Position numbers and translations under genes: made by a program | From: a virus | Strand: one strand, 5' to 3' | Length of the DNA: 64,000 nucleotides | IMG/VR virus record: IMGVR_UViG_3300036845_000456 | Coordinates: 1-64,000 of that record | Shown here: piece after piece, positions 48,707 to 56,486 of the stretch | How the letters are laid out: each line of letters opens with the position of its first letter | Numbering within the stretch: the first letter of the stretch is position 1 | Notes under the pieces: model-generated | The model's input: only the letters and a program-made list of their open reading frames with translations | Told to the model about the DNA's origin: nothing | Database searches by the model: none

Positions 48707-48761
48707 GGTAGGCTCTCCGTTTTGTTTGGTAGGCTGAAGGTTGAAGGGGAAACGGGACGGA

Positions 48762-50333
48762 CTAGGCGTCCGTCCCGACGTCGATCACGTCGCCCCAAGG
48801 CAACGTGCTTTTCAGGTAGGTCACGATGCGAGGGTCGCCATACGCCGCCCAAAGGACGGGCGCCTGCGGTTCCGGGCCAGGGTCGCCAATCTCAAGATCG
48901 GTCAGCGCCACGATCAGCGAGCAGTCTGGATCGTTTTCATCAATCCACTGGAACGCTGGTCGCAAGTCCGTGCCGCCACGGCCGACCGCCTTGAACTCGA
49001 CTTGGTCGCCGTCGAGATAGCGATCGACCGCATTGACCCGCGTGTCGTTGTAGACGACCACGGCTTCCGAGATGATGCCCGCGTCCATCGCCGCCTGAAC
49101 CTCGTTGCCGACTTTGTTCAGGACGTCGTCAGACATGGACAGCGACGTATCAACAAGAAACGCGACTTTGTTGATGCCGTCGCGCTGCGTGCCGGGCAGC
49201 ACGAACCCGGTGTGTGCGAACCGGCGATTCGGTCGGTTCCACGTTTCTGAGCGGCTGGCGCCCGCGTCGAAAAACTGGCGCATTTCTTCGCGCCAATCCT
49301 CGGTCGGCGTCTTGCGCCGCTCAAGTTCCGACTCCCAATGGCCGGGCAAGCAGCCGGCCTTCTTGGCGAGCGCAGCGGCTTGATGCGCGATGACGTCCCA
49401 ATGCGCGTCGAGATCGGGGGCCTGTTCAGCGGGCGCGTCGAGCACGCCACCGCAATCCCAAGCCTGTTGCTCATAGCCGGGGCGCGGCGTAGCATTGCCC
49501 TCCCCGTCAGCGTCTGCGTCCTCGCCCACGTCCTCGCCGACGTCAGCGCCGTCGCCTTCGCCTTCGTTAGTGCCGCCGTCCTCGTCACCGTCGTTGCCCT
49601 CGTCGCCGTCTTCGTTTTCGTCAACGTCGCCGTCACCGCCAGCGCCATCGGCACCGTCGTCGGCATCGCCGTCGTCAACGTCGCCGCCGTCGGCATCGTC
49701 CGCGTCACTGTCTGCGTCACCGTCAGCGTTTGCGTCAGCGGCTTCGTCTTCGTCACCGGCATCGCCGTCGTCACCGTCAGCGTCATCGGCAACGTCGTCG
49801 TCAGCGTCTCCGTCTTCGTTGCTGCCAGCGTCATCGCCATCGTCTGCGTCCACGGCATCGTCTTCGTCACCGCCAGCGTCATCGGCAGCGTCTTCTTGTT
49901 GCTGCTGTTGCTGTTCCTCGATTTCCAAGACGCGGTAGATGTCTTCGGTCGCCATGCCGGCAAACTCGGGACGGTTCAGCACCCAATCGGGGAGCTTGAA
50001 CCCTTCCGCGAGAATGTCAGGGTTGATCGAATAATCGCACGCCTTGTTCCAACGCAGCGGATCGCGCCCACGGCGCCGCGTCGAATGGTGGCGGGCATCG
50101 TGTTCGCTTTCGTGAACTTGGATGCCTTCCAGGAACTCTTGCGACAACTCGCAAACGAATTGCGGGTTGTAGTAGTGTTTGATCGAGTCGGTGGCCATGC
50201 GTGGAATTGACCAGCATGGCACCGGCTCGACGTTCGCGACCAGCACGCCATAAAACTTGCGTGCTTGAATGATGGCCGCGCGCGCCTTCATCACCTTGTC
50301 TTTGGCGACGCGCTCCATTTCGAGGCGGTTCAT
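48762..50333 (-). CDS. Putative metallopeptidase (HExxH) plus VWA-like domain protein with an acidic linker
   Basis: MATD, HESEH, WN.ACDY.IN; VDTSLSM MIDAS-like motif; GRGGTDLRP; TDL. Confidence 0.85.
   Translation of the reverse strand: MNRLEMERVAKDKVMKARAAIIQARKFYGVLVANVEPVPCWSIPRMATDSIKHYYNPQFVCELSQEFLEGIQVHESEHDARHHSTRRRGRDPLRWNKACDYSINPDILAEGFKLPDWVLNRPEFAGMATEDIYRVLEIEEQQQQQQEDAADDAGGDEDDAVDADDGDDAGSNEDGDADDDVADDADGDDGDAGDEDEAADANADGDADSDADDADGGDVDDGDADDGADGAGGDGDVDENEDGDEGNDGDEDGGTNEGEGDGADVGEDVGEDADADGEGNATPRPGYEQQAWDCGGVLDAPAEQAPDLDAHWDVIAHQAAALAKKAGCLPGHWESELERRKTPTEDWREEMRQFFDAGASRSETWNRPNRRFAHTGFVLPGTQRDGINKVAFLVDTSLSMSDDVLNKVGNEVQAAMDAGIISEAVVVYNDTRVNAVDRYLDGDQVEFKAVGRGGTDLRPAFQWIDENDPDCSLIVALTDLEIGDPGPEPQAPVLWAAYGDPRIVTYLKSTLPWGDVIDVGTDA
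49505..49894 (+). repeat. Array of 65 in-register CGYC-NN hexamers (antisense to the VWA gene linker)
   Basis: Parsed by hand: 390 nt with no register slip, e.g. cgtcag cgtctg cgtcct cgccca ... cggcag cgtctt. Confidence 0.85.
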
Positions 50334-50352
50334 TTCTGACTCCGGGTTTGTT

Positions 50353-51384
50353 TTACTGGACAGTCACGTCCGAATTTTCGACCGCCCATTTGCTGTAGGC
50401 GGCGACGTTGGCCAGCTTGTCATCGCGCGACACCGCGTCGGTCACCGTGAGAACTTCGAATTCACGCGGCAGCCGCTTGGCGTAGGCGATCACGTTCGGG
50501 AATGTCTTCCGGTCAGCAAGTCTGGCGATTGCCGTGCACACGGCGTAACGCTCGCTCGGCTCGCTCGGCACTTTGGCCGTTGCCGGGCTGGCCAAGATAT
50601 CGTCAATGTTTGTCAGCGACTGATACATCGCCACAAACGCTTCCATCTCGGACGCCACGGTCTTACCGACCATTGCGGTGAACGCGCGCAAGCGGCGCGC
50701 GGGTGGCTGTTTGATGTAGGGCCCGCAGCGATAGATCGTGCGCGGGTTGGCCGACGCGTTCTGATCGCCGTCGGCGTCGCGGTACAAGCAATCCGGCCGA
50801 AACCGGATGAACGCGACAAGCTCGGGCGCCAAGTTGGTCGCCTTGGCGTGGGCAATCCACGACGGCACGTCCACAATCATCGTGTAGTGGGCGAAGCGGC
50901 GCCGCAGCGGGACCGGCATCTGAATGACGGCGCGCGAGTCCTTGCTGCGGTTGCCCGCCGCCAGGATCACGCAATTGTCGGGCAGCGTGTAGTCGCCGAC
51001 GCGGCGATCGAGCACGAGTTGCATCATGACGGACATCATTTGCATCGTGCCGGTGTTGATCTCGTCAATGAACAACAGCGTCGGGCCGTCGCTGCCGTCA
51101 GACTTCGGCAGTTCCTTCGGCGCCAGCCACACCGTCGTGCCGCTGGCGAGATCGGGCACGGGCAAGCCGCGCACGTCCACGCTTTCGCGGATGTTGGTGT
51201 GGAAGGGGATCAACTTACTGGCCATCTTTTGCGCAATCTGATGCGCAAGTTCGGACTTGCCGATGCCGCTCGCGCCCCACAACATGACGGGCTGGCCTTC
51301 GAGCAGGTGCATGATGATTTGATCGACCGCGTCGAGCGCGGTGATCGCGTTCTCGACTTCGAGGTTAATGTCGTTGGTAGGCAT
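50353..51384 (-). CDS. MoxR-like AAA+ ATPase
   Basis: Walker A GASGIGKS, Walker B LLFIDE, AAGN sensor, PLRRRF arginine finger. Confidence 0.9.
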   Translation of the reverse strand: MPTNDINLEVENAITALDAVDQIIMHLLEGQPVMLWGASGIGKSELAHQIAQKMASKLIPFHTNIRESVDVRGLPVPDLASGTTVWLAPKELPKSDGSDGPTLLFIDEINTGTMQMMSVMMQLVLDRRVGDYTLPDNCVILAAGNRSKDSRAVIQMPVPLRRRFAHYTMIVDVPSWIAHAKATNLAPELVAFIRFRPDCLYRDADGDQNASANPRTIYRCGPYIKQPPARRLRAFTAMVGKTVASEMEAFVAMYQSLTNIDDILASPATAKVPSEPSERYAVCTAIARLADRKTFPNVIAYAKRLPREFEVLTVTDAVSRDDKLANVAAYSKWAVENSDVTVQ

Positions 51385-51442
51385 GTTTCGTTTTCCTTCG
51401 GGGTTTGGCCCGGCGCTCCAACGCCGGGCACTGAGATCGATT

Positions 51443-51916
51443 TTATTTCTTGCGGCTGATCAGGTCCGACAGCGCGACCGCTGTAGGCGCATCTTTCGGG
51501 CGCCGCAGTTCCCAACCATCCGCGTTGTCATAGCCGGACAGTCGGCGAATGGCGGCGCCGCGAATAGCGTCGATGATCCGATACGCCAGCGAGGCTTCAT
51601 AATCATCGGTTTCGCACGCCTGATAGTCGAAGCAGTCGCAGGCTTTCAGAACCGTGAGCGCTTGCTTGCCCTGCGGCATCATCAGGAAAGGCTCGAACCG
51701 GCGAAACTGATAGCTCGGGAGATCGTCGTCATCGCCGTAGCGATGGCGAACAGAGCGTTCGTTCTCGGTCAGCAAGATAGCGCCGATCTCGCTCGCATTG
51801 GTGCGATCGAAATAGACGCGCTCGTGTGCTCCCGGAACGTAGTAGCTGAGCTTGTGTTCGACAGCGAAAGTCAGCAGGCCATCGATATGATCGTGGCCGA
51901 CGATAAAAGCAGACAT
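51443..51916 (-). CDS. Hypothetical protein, first gene of the leftward operon
   Basis: RBS gaaagga; ENERSV..RY, LKAC.C.DYQACE. Confidence 0.65.
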   Translation of the reverse strand: MSAFIVGHDHIDGLLTFAVEHKLSYYVPGAHERVYFDRTNASEIGAILLTENERSVRHRYGDDDDLPSYQFRRFEPFLMMPQGKQALTVLKACDCFDYQACETDDYEASLAYRIIDAIRGAAIRRLSGYDNADGWELRRPKDAPTAVALSDLISRKK

Positions 51917-52369
51917 GGTGTTTCCTTTCTCGGGTTTGCATCTCGAAGCGGCGCGTGTGCCAAAAACGGAGCACGCTTACAGTCATTCGCGACCGTCCCA
52001 AAAGCGATGACGTTCACCGCCGCTTGGAGATGCAGCGCGCTCGTAAGCGCGCTGTATTGATTATTTGCTCAAGTAAATGTTTTGGAGGTTCGTTGCGTTG
52101 GCGGCGATTTTGATCGTGTCACGTTGGACATGGTCGATCAGGCTATTGCGGTCGCGTTGGACATTCGCCAGCACGCACGCCAGACCCGGTGCACTCCGTT
52201 TCTTCTCGACGCCTCGGCGCCTTTACTAACCATCACCGGCCTACCGTGATCACCGCGATCCTCGCGCCTTGCGGCGCTACTGCGGGAACGGCCCTAGCCA
52301 GTTCTGGCGCCCGGACTTAAGCCTGCTAAGGTGTCCGGGGAACCCGACCCCCTCCCGGGGGCAACACTG

Positions 52370-52400
52370 TATATATAGGAACGATATTCCTAGGGTCAAG
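52370..52400 (-). promoter_or_regulatory. Leftward sigma70-type promoter with an inverted repeat in the spacer
   Basis: Minus strand CTTGAC-N16-CTATAT; TAGGAA-cgata-TTCCTA at 52376-52392. Confidence 0.6.
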
Positions 52401-52528
52401 GGCCCTATAGGGTAATTCGTTACCACTGCGGGCTGGCGGTATATTCTGCCGAATAACGGGGGCAACCGTCAACATTTCGTTGACACGGGTTGCGCCGTAT
52501 TGCAACGGTTGCGGGCGAGATGATTCCC

Positions 52529-53125
52529 ATGACAGAAAATCACCGGACCTGTGGCACGTGTACCCAATGCTGCAAGCTTCTCCCGATGCAGAAGGGTAGC
52601 GATGCGCGCCATCCTGAGATCATGGCCATGGTTGCCGTGCCCGGGATGATTCGAGATTTCGATAAGCCGGCCGGCAAGCGTTGCAAGCACCAGCGCCACG
52701 GCAAAGGCTGCGCGGTTTACGATTATCGCCCGATGGGCTGCCGCATCTGGTCCTGCCGCTGGTTGGTCGGCGACGACACCGCAGACCTACGGCGGCCCGA
52801 TCGGTCGCACTACGTCATCGACATCATGCCGGATTTTATCGGCGTCGATGATAACCGGATGCAGGTGATTCAAATCTGGATCGATCCCGATTATCCAGAC
52901 GCGCATCGCGATCCGGCCTTGCGCGAGTATATCGAGCGGCGCGGCCGTGACGGCATCGTCGCATTGGTCCGCTTCAGCCCGCGCATCGGAATGTTGTTGG
53001 TGCCTCCGAACATGGCGAGCGATGGGCAATGGCATGAAGTTGTTCTGCCGGAAGCAACGGCGCCGCAATGGGGGCTCTGGCCCGACGAGTTTCGCAAGGA
53101 ATTGGCAAGCAATGATCAGGGATGA
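52529..53125 (+). CDS. Cysteine-cluster (CxxCxxCC, YkgJ-like) protein
   Basis: CGTCTQCC...C.H...C.VY..RP..C..W.C.W. Confidence 0.7.
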   Translation: MTENHRTCGTCTQCCKLLPMQKGSDARHPEIMAMVAVPGMIRDFDKPAGKRCKHQRHGKGCAVYDYRPMGCRIWSCRWLVGDDTADLRRPDRSHYVIDIMPDFIGVDDNRMQVIQIWIDPDYPDAHRDPALREYIERRGRDGIVALVRFSPRIGMLLVPPNMASDGQWHEVVLPEATAPQWGLWPDEFRKELASNDQG

Positions 53126-53411
53126 CGATCCGCTGTTGATCCAGCCCAAGAACACCATGCCGCGCATCGATGCGATATGGGCGTTTCTGTCGGTTGATGA
53201 AAAGGATGGCAACGAAGGCGTGACGGCTGCGACGATGAGCGGTCAACTCGTGCCGCTGATCGCCGCCGACGAAAAGCGGTTGGCCTCGCTGCGGCCGATC
53301 GCGCAGAACATGGTCGAACGGTTTGGTATGAAAATCAGGCTGGTCAAGTTTCACGTCCGCGAAGTGATCGAGGAATATAGCCCAACCTCAAACCCGAAGG
53401 AGTCAGCGTGA
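53112..53411 (+). CDS. Hypothetical protein
   Basis: Coupled ORF; RBS caagga. Confidence 0.6.
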   Translation: MIRDDDPLLIQPKNTMPRIDAIWAFLSVDEKDGNEGVTAATMSGQLVPLIAADEKRLASLRPIAQNMVERFGMKIRLVKFHVREVIEEYSPTSNPKESA

Positions 53412-53776
53412 CCGAGAAGCTTCTGCATGTAAGCCTGTTGGTAAAAGAAAATCATGTGTGGGATTTGCTCCGCACATTTGACGAGCACAAAGTCGGCAAT
53501 GTTGAAGTGACGGCCGTGGTGCCGCCGCCACTGGCATTGCCGGCGCCAGAGCGGCAGCGTGCAAAGTCAGCGGGTCGAGTGCCGGCCGGGCAAAACAAGG
53601 AAGCCGTGCTCGCTGCCACCAAGCCCGGCGAAACGTTCAGCGCGCGCGACGTCAGCGCCAAGACCGGGATCACCACCAAGCAAGCGTCAAGCGCACTCTA
53701 CAATCTGATGCTCAACGGCATGGTGCGCCGTGCCGGTTTCGGCAAATTTCGACTCACCGCAGCGGGGACCAAATGA
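53408..53776 (+). CDS. Protein with C-terminal winged-helix domain
   Basis: SARDVSAKTGITTKQASSALYNL...G.V.R...G.F.L; RBS gaaggag. Confidence 0.6.
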   Translation: MTEKLLHVSLLVKENHVWDLLRTFDEHKVGNVEVTAVVPPPLALPAPERQRAKSAGRVPAGQNKEAVLAATKPGETFSARDVSAKTGITTKQASSALYNLMLNGMVRRAGFGKFRLTAAGTK

Positions 53777-54096
53777 CATTCAAAGCCTATAAAAGTTACC
53801 AGTTTGTTGACAAGGACCCGGTGATCGACGTGGTCCGCACGGCGGTGCAGGACTCCAAGCTGAGCTATACCGACATCCACGATCTCAGCGACGTGTCGGT
53901 CAGCACCATGTATAATTGGTTTCACGGCCAGACTCGCCGGCCGACGCATGCGGCGGTGGCGGCGGTGCTCGGGGCGCTCGGCTATGAACTGACGCTGGCG
54001 CGGAAACGCGCGGCTAAGGTGATCCAACTCGATGCCGAACGGGCACAGCGGGCGCGAGCCAGGGCGGCCAAGCAGAAACGGCAAGCGGCATCGTAA
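53773..54096 (+). CDS. HTH transcriptional regulator
   Basis: LSYTDIHDLSDVSVSTMYNWFHG.TRRP. Confidence 0.7.
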   Translation: MTFKAYKSYQFVDKDPVIDVVRTAVQDSKLSYTDIHDLSDVSVSTMYNWFHGQTRRPTHAAVAAVLGALGYELTLARKRAAKVIQLDAERAQRARARAAKQKRQAAS

Positions 54097-54112
54097 ACGA
54101 AATAGGACGGGC

Positions 54113-54535
54113 ATGGGGATGGATACCGGTTATCTGATTGATCCGAGCTTGCAGCGGGTCAGCTTGATCGAGCTTGAAACGCCAGTGGTGGCCACCATCG
54201 AGCGGTTGATCGGCGACAGCTACGGCATCGATCATGCGACGATCAGCGATGTCGGCGACATGATCTGGGTCGCGGGCGGGAGCTTGCTGGCGCAGAAGCC
54301 GGTCTATGCGTTTCGGTTGCCGGTGCAGCGCGATCCGTTTGCGGGCAAAGCGATCATCATCGGCGGCGATGACCAGCACAAACCGATCATTCCGATCGAC
54401 GTGGTGAAACAGGACATCGAATGGCTCGGGCTGATCGTGCCGACCGTCACCGTCATCAACGAAGAAACTGAATTGTTCGGCCGGAAAGCAATCCGGCATC
54501 GCGCCGTCGTCACTTACGAAAGGCCCAAGAAATGA
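54113..54535 (+). CDS. Hypothetical protein
   Basis: YLIDP...FAGKAIIIG; coupled to the next ORF. Confidence 0.6.
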   Translation: MGMDTGYLIDPSLQRVSLIELETPVVATIERLIGDSYGIDHATISDVGDMIWVAGGSLLAQKPVYAFRLPVQRDPFAGKAIIIGGDDQHKPIIPIDVVKQDIEWLGLIVPTVTVINEETELFGRKAIRHRAVVTYERPKK

Positions 54536-54762
54536 GCACTACTGAGATTGAGCGCCCGCACGTGCAGACTATCGATGATGCCGATCTGGTCTTGCTCGGC
54601 ATGCTGGTCGATGCCCACGGCTTGCCGGAAGTGCTATGGGGACTGGCGCGTGTTTGCTCGGATCGCGCGGAAGCCATCGCCAAGGACGACGCACACCGGG
54701 CCAATGAGTGGATGTCGCATTCGGTGCAATTAGATGATCTCGCTGCCGAGATCGGAGAATGA
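54532..54762 (+). CDS. Hypothetical protein
   Basis: LVDAHGL..VL..LA.VC...AE. Confidence 0.6.
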   Translation: MSTTEIERPHVQTIDDADLVLLGMLVDAHGLPEVLWGLARVCSDRAEAIAKDDAHRANEWMSHSVQLDDLAAEIGE

Positions 54763-55186
54763 ATTGCGCGACGTGTTGATCATCGCGCCGCTGGCGTTCG
54801 GCGTCGGATTCTTTATCGGGGATTCCTGGCAAGACTCTGCGCCGGTCGCGGTGTCCAGTGGCGGCCTCACGATCGTGCAGCGGTTGGCGCCAACGCCATC
54901 GTCAACGCCACCGCCATCGCCGACGCCCACGTCAACGTCTACGCCTTCGATCTCGGCCTCGCCCACGCCGTCGCCAGCGTCAACGTCTCTGTCTGCGGCC
55001 ACGGCTACGTCATCGCCTCCGTCAACGTCCACGTCAACGCCTTCGCCTTCGCCATCGCCAGCGTCCTCGCCTTCGTCTGCGGCAGCGTCCTCGCCTTCGT
55101 CAACGCGCAATATCTGCTCGCCCGGGTGGCGCGAGAATTTCTATCGCCACGGAGTTCTGCACTGGCGGTGTCGCTATGGCCGATGA
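54734..55186 (+). CDS. Membrane-anchored protein whose S/T/P linker is encoded by a hexamer array
   Basis: Hydrophobic N-terminus, S/T/P tract, C-terminal IC.PGW...HWRCR; start may be TTG at 54764. Confidence 0.5.
   Translation: MISLPRSENELRDVLIIAPLAFGVGFFIGDSWQDSAPVAVSSGGLTIVQRLAPTPSSTPPPSPTPTSTSTPSISASPTPSPASTSLSAATATSSPPSTSTSTPSPSPSPASSPSSAAASSPSSTRNICSPGWRENFYRHGVLHWRCRYGR
54888..55103 (+). repeat. Array of 36 CGYC-NN hexamers
   Basis: cgccaa cgccat cgtcaa cgccac ... cgtcct cgcctt cgtcaa, 216 nt in register. Confidence 0.9.
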
Positions 55187-55370
55187 TCAATGGACCGCGC
55201 AAGACAAGTTGGCCTGCATCGAGCGCGAATTGCGCTACCGGCTGCGCGTCTATCCGCGCCGGGTGGCCGAAGGCAAAATGACAGAACAGCAAATGCGGCG
55301 CGAGATTTCCATCATGGAAGCAATCGTCGCCGATCTGCGGGCCAATGCTGAGAGGGACCGGTTGATATGA
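55176..55370 (+). CDS. Small phage hypothetical protein
   Basis: KLACIEREL.YR.RVYPRRVAEGKM...REI..MEAI. Confidence 0.7.
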   Translation: MADDQWTAQDKLACIERELRYRLRVYPRRVAEGKMTEQQMRREISIMEAIVADLRANAERDRLI

Positions 55371-55502
55371 CGGATCAGGAAACGGAAACGGGATACGGGC
55401 TGACGGTCGGCTTTGATCCGCTGTTGCGCAGCTTGCGCCGCCATTTTCTCAAACCACGCTACGACATTCCTGATAAGACAACCGCGCGCGCCATCAAAAC
55501 TT

Positions 55503-55808
55503 CGCCGACGTCCTCGTCAGCGTCTACGCCGACGGCCTCGTCATCGTCATCGCCCACGTCAACGCTCTCGCCACCGCCCCTGCCTTCGCCAACGTCGTCG
55601 CCATCGTCACCGCCCTCGCCAGCGCCAACGTCTTCGCCCTCGGTGCGTCCGTGATCCAGCATCTACGGCATCGACTATGTCCTCGTTACCGTCATCGTCT
55701 CCGTCAATGCCCGCGCTAGAGCCGACGCCACCGCCTACGCCGACGCCAACGCCCTCGTCATCGCCGACGCACCGTCAACGCCTTCGCCGACGTCTTCGCC
55801 AACGTTCT
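55503..55808 (+). repeat. Array of about 48 CGYC-NN hexamers directly upstream of the RAMP gene (candidate ncRNA)
   Basis: 23 units at 55503-55640, a short break, 18 units at 55660-55767, one 5-nt unit, 6 units at 55773-55808; ends 21 nt before the ATG. Confidence 0.9.
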
Positions 55809-55829
55809 AACCACGGGAGTAACTAAGCC

Positions 55830-56486
55830 ATGCAGCGCGCCTACCAAATCGCATTCATCAAAGGCTACATCGCGCATCCGTACTGGCCGCAGCGCGAGCG
55901 GCTGATCAACATCCAGAAGGAGTCCGGGACCAAGCGCGTGCGCTCGGAGGAAAAGCGCGTCAAGGTCTTGCGCGACTATCTGGCCACCAAAAACATGAGC
56001 ATGGCCGATTACGAAGCGCTTGAGGAAGAAGCCGATCGCCAGTTCTATACGGCGGCCGATCTCGACAATGCCGACGGCCACGACACGACCGAGATTGTGA
56101 TCCCGGCGCATCAGATATACGGCATGGCGGCGCAAGCTTGCGGTCTGGCCTCAAGTTCGATCCGCATTGCCCGCGCCGAAAATCTGCGCACGGTCCTGAC
56201 CGTGTCCGACATATTCACCGGCAAGCACAAAGCAGACGGCGTATGGGAGCGTTTCGTCGTCGTCACCGCTGGCGCCGGCAACAAGCTGAGCAATCAAAGA
56301 GCGCTGCGCAGCAACGAGTATGTTGGTCCGTTTCAGGCGACATTTGAAGTGAAGTTCAGCGAGGAAGTCATCGATCCGAAAAAGGTTGACGATTTTCTCG
56401 GCTTCTGTGGCCGCGAGATCGGCGTTGGCGCCAGCCGCAAGCTCGGTTGGGGCCGCTTCGAGATCGGCAAGGCCAAAGCCAAATGA
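55830..56486 (+). CDS. Solitary RAMP-superfamily (Cas7/Csm3-like) protein
   Basis: IVIPAHQIYG corresponds to the RAMP IPGSS.KG motif; C-terminal Gly-rich loop IGVGASRKLGWGRFEI (G.G..R..G.GRF); 218 aa; RBS gggag. Confidence 0.75.
   Translation: MQRAYQIAFIKGYIAHPYWPQRERLINIQKESGTKRVRSEEKRVKVLRDYLATKNMSMADYEALEEEADRQFYTAADLDNADGHDTTEIVIPAHQIYGMAAQACGLASSSIRIARAENLRTVLTVSDIFTGKHKADGVWERFVVVTAGAGNKLSNQRALRSNEYVGPFQATFEVKFSEEVIDPKKVDDFLGFCGREIGVGASRKLGWGRFEIGKAKAK

Noticed and set aside
55503-55808. Canonical CRISPR array next to the RAMP gene
   Set aside because: No 23-50 nt direct repeats separated by unique spacers; the periodicity is 6 nt.
54858-55826. Arg-X dipeptide ORFs (RQRLRLR...) and antisense D/G/V ORFs over the arrays, also 49338-50210 and 49495-49938
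   Set aside because: CGYCNN is stop-free in most frames, so these ORFs arise automatically; most lack RBS or operon logic. 55367-55654 has an ATGA overlap and remains possible but unsupported.
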